A stretch of DNA of 50,308 nt, from the NCBI GenBank assembly GCA_003670915.1, contig QWQH01000020.1:1-50308 (forward strand). The letters run 5' to 3'. Every line of letters starts with the position of its first letter. The first letter of the stretch is position 1. The notes below the pieces were generated by a model. The model did not search any database, had not been told where the DNA came from, and saw only the letters and a program-made list of their open reading frames with translations. This document shows, piece after piece, positions 48,865 to 50,308 of the stretch. The translations under genes and the position numbers were made by a program. Source of the DNA: Planctomycetota bacterium (GTDB lineage: Bacteria > Planctomycetota > Planctomycetia > Pirellulales > UBA1268).

Positions 48865-50308
48865 ATGGCTTCGACCAAGGAATACGCATACGCAGCAGTC
48901 GATTGGTGCTGTGCTACGGCAGATGGTTGCGGCGAGAGCTGCTACCGGGCCGCTGAGACGGTCTCTCTGGTTGCGGTCACCCTCTTGGAGAGCCTGCGGA
49001 GCATGTGCCGTCGCGAACCGCTCCCCAGCCGGCCGCTGGTGTGTGTCGCCGTTGTGCTGGCAGCGGGCTGCGCCATTGGCCCCTGTGCCGGGATTTCCGA
49101 GCGTGTCTGGTGGCTGGCAGCGGCCGGATCGCTGGCGGTGTGGGTGTGGCTGGCATGCGGTCGCAACGTGTTGCTGAGGGATCGTTTCTCAAGTGCCTGT
49201 GGCTTTGCAGCGTGTGACCATGACAATCTAGCCGCCATGACATTGATTGTGTCCATTGCCTGCGGTGGAGCCGGATGGTCGGTTGTACGGTATCACCTCT
49301 TTGGGGCTGACGAATTGGCGTGGAGCCTCACAGAATCACCCGTGCCGATAGCCATTCAGGGCACGGTCGTCGAGTCGCCCCGAGTGCTCACGCCACCCTC
49401 CACGGACTTCTTACGGGGCATTGCCTTAGGGCCATCGAGTGAATGCATAGTGGCCGTGCAGGCGGTGCGGGATGGGAGCCGGTGGCGAGGGGCCTCCGGC
49501 CGTGCTGCAGTCATTCTGGATGGACCGCCCCCATCGCTCACCGCGGGCAGTCGCGTGAGGGTTTTTGGTCGCGGCCTTCGGCCTTCTCCTGCGTTGAATC
49601 CTGGTGAATTTGATTTCCGAGAGCGTGCCAGATCGTTGCGGTGCTTGTCGATCGTGCGATCGCCCGGCATGGAGTGCGTTGAAATCCTGTCCCCTGCTCC
49701 GCTGCTGTCGCTGACGGCGATCATTGATCGAGTGCGCACCAACGGCATTGCGGTGCTGCGGAAGCATGTGTCGCCCGAGCGGGCACCGTTGGCTGCTGCG
49801 CTGCTCTTGGGGAGCCGCGAGTCGCTGCCGAGCGAAGAGTCGCGCGAGTTTCTGGTCACGGGCACGATTCACATTCTTTCAATCTCCGGCTTGCACGTTG
49901 GAATCTTAGCACTGGCGCTTTTGAAGGTGCTGCGCATCTTGGCCGTGCCGCACGGATGGTCGCTTGTGTCAGTGGCCCTGTGTACGGGGCTGTACATGTT
50001 ACTCGTGCGGGCCGAGACACCCGTTGTGCGAGCCACGTTGTTGGTGTGGCTCTCATGCCTAGCCGCTCTGGTCGGCCGTCGCTCGCTGGCTCTGAACGCA
50101 TTAGCCGTGGCCGCAATCCTCGTGCTTCTCTGGCATCCGCCGGAGATATTTAGGATCGGCACGCAACTCTCGTTTGTGTCGACTGCTGTGTTGATCGCAG
50201 CCGCCGCCGCCCTTCCCTCGCAGCGGGCCAGTAGCGATCCGATCGACAGGCTTATCCAACGCAGCCGGCCGCCACTCCACCGGTGGGTTCGCAGGCACGC
50301 CCGGCAGG
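48865..50308 (+). CDS. comEC: ComEC/Rec2-family DNA internalisation channel protein, N-terminal part (runs out of the window)
   Basis: My frame-1 translation gives SRVRVFGRGLRPSPALNPGEFDFRERARS (OB-fold/DUF4131-like), then FLVTGTIHILSISGLHVGILA (Competence domain). The start is uncertain (48865 or 49003). Absent from the ORF track because there is no stop in the window. Confidence 0.75.
   Translation, partial: MASTKEYAYAAVDWCCATADGCGESCYRAAETVSLVAVTLLESLRSMCRREPLPSRPLVCVAVVLAAGCAIGPCAGISERVWWLAAAGSLAVWVWLACGRNVLLRDRFSSACGFAACDHDNLAAMTLIVSIACGGAGWSVVRYHLFGADELAWSLTESPVPIAIQGTVVESPRVLTPPSTDFLRGIALGPSSECIVAVQAVRDGSRWRGASGRAAVILDGPPPSLTAGSRVRVFGRGLRPSPALNPGEFDFRERARSLRCLSIVRSPGMECVEILSPAPLLSLTAIIDRVRTNGIAVLRKHVSPERAPLAAALLLGSRESLPSEESREFLVTGTIHILSISGLHVGILALALLKVLRILAVPHGWSLVSVALCTGLYMLLVRAETPVVRATLLVWLSCLAALVGRRSLALNALAVAAILVLLWHPPEIFRIGTQLSFVSTAVLIAAAAALPSQRASSDPIDRLIQRSRPPLHRWVRRHARQ

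Overview
This 50.3-kb, GC-rich window (roughly high-50s % by eye) reads as ordinary core chromosome, most likely from a Planctomycetota (Pirellulales-like) bacterium. The taxon call is an inference from gene content: a protein with two CxxCH repeats of the 'planctomycete cytochrome c' type, an MA-peptidase/DUF1570-like protein, a DLG-variant Ser/Thr kinase and many Pro-rich secreted hypotheticals. I support about 43 protein genes and one tRNA. Housekeeping genes dominate: guaA (partial), surE, ilvD, guaB, a primary-like sigma-70, trxA, proC, PduO-type adenosyltransferase, glnD, xylA, pyk, argG, kdsA, rpmE-prfA-prmC and comEC (partial), plus tRNA-Thr(CGU). I found no CRISPR array, transposase, integrase, prophage module or recognisable defence or toxin-antitoxin system. 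I cannot point to a clear-cut novel multi-gene system. The best leads are: (1) a co-directional pair built from detached transcription-machinery modules, TPR + two tandem RNAP alpha-CTD copies next to a Rho_N + DUF4912-like protein; (2) a translationally coupled btaA-btaB pair for the phosphorus-free betaine lipid DGTS; (3) a 753-bp ORF-poor, hairpin-dense gap beside tRNA-Thr with a terminator-like 3' end on the minus strand; (4) a tight small-TM / zinc-ribbon-TM / double-CxxCH cluster with a G9 tract inside the zinc-ribbon ORF; (5) a 61-aa protein with a histone-H1-like Lys/Ala tail. Many long ORFs in the supplied track are antisense or alternative-frame artefacts of the high GC content, and I rejected them. 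Many listed N-termini are over-extended, so I re-picked starts by homology, neighbour packing and Shine-Dalgarno-like signals.
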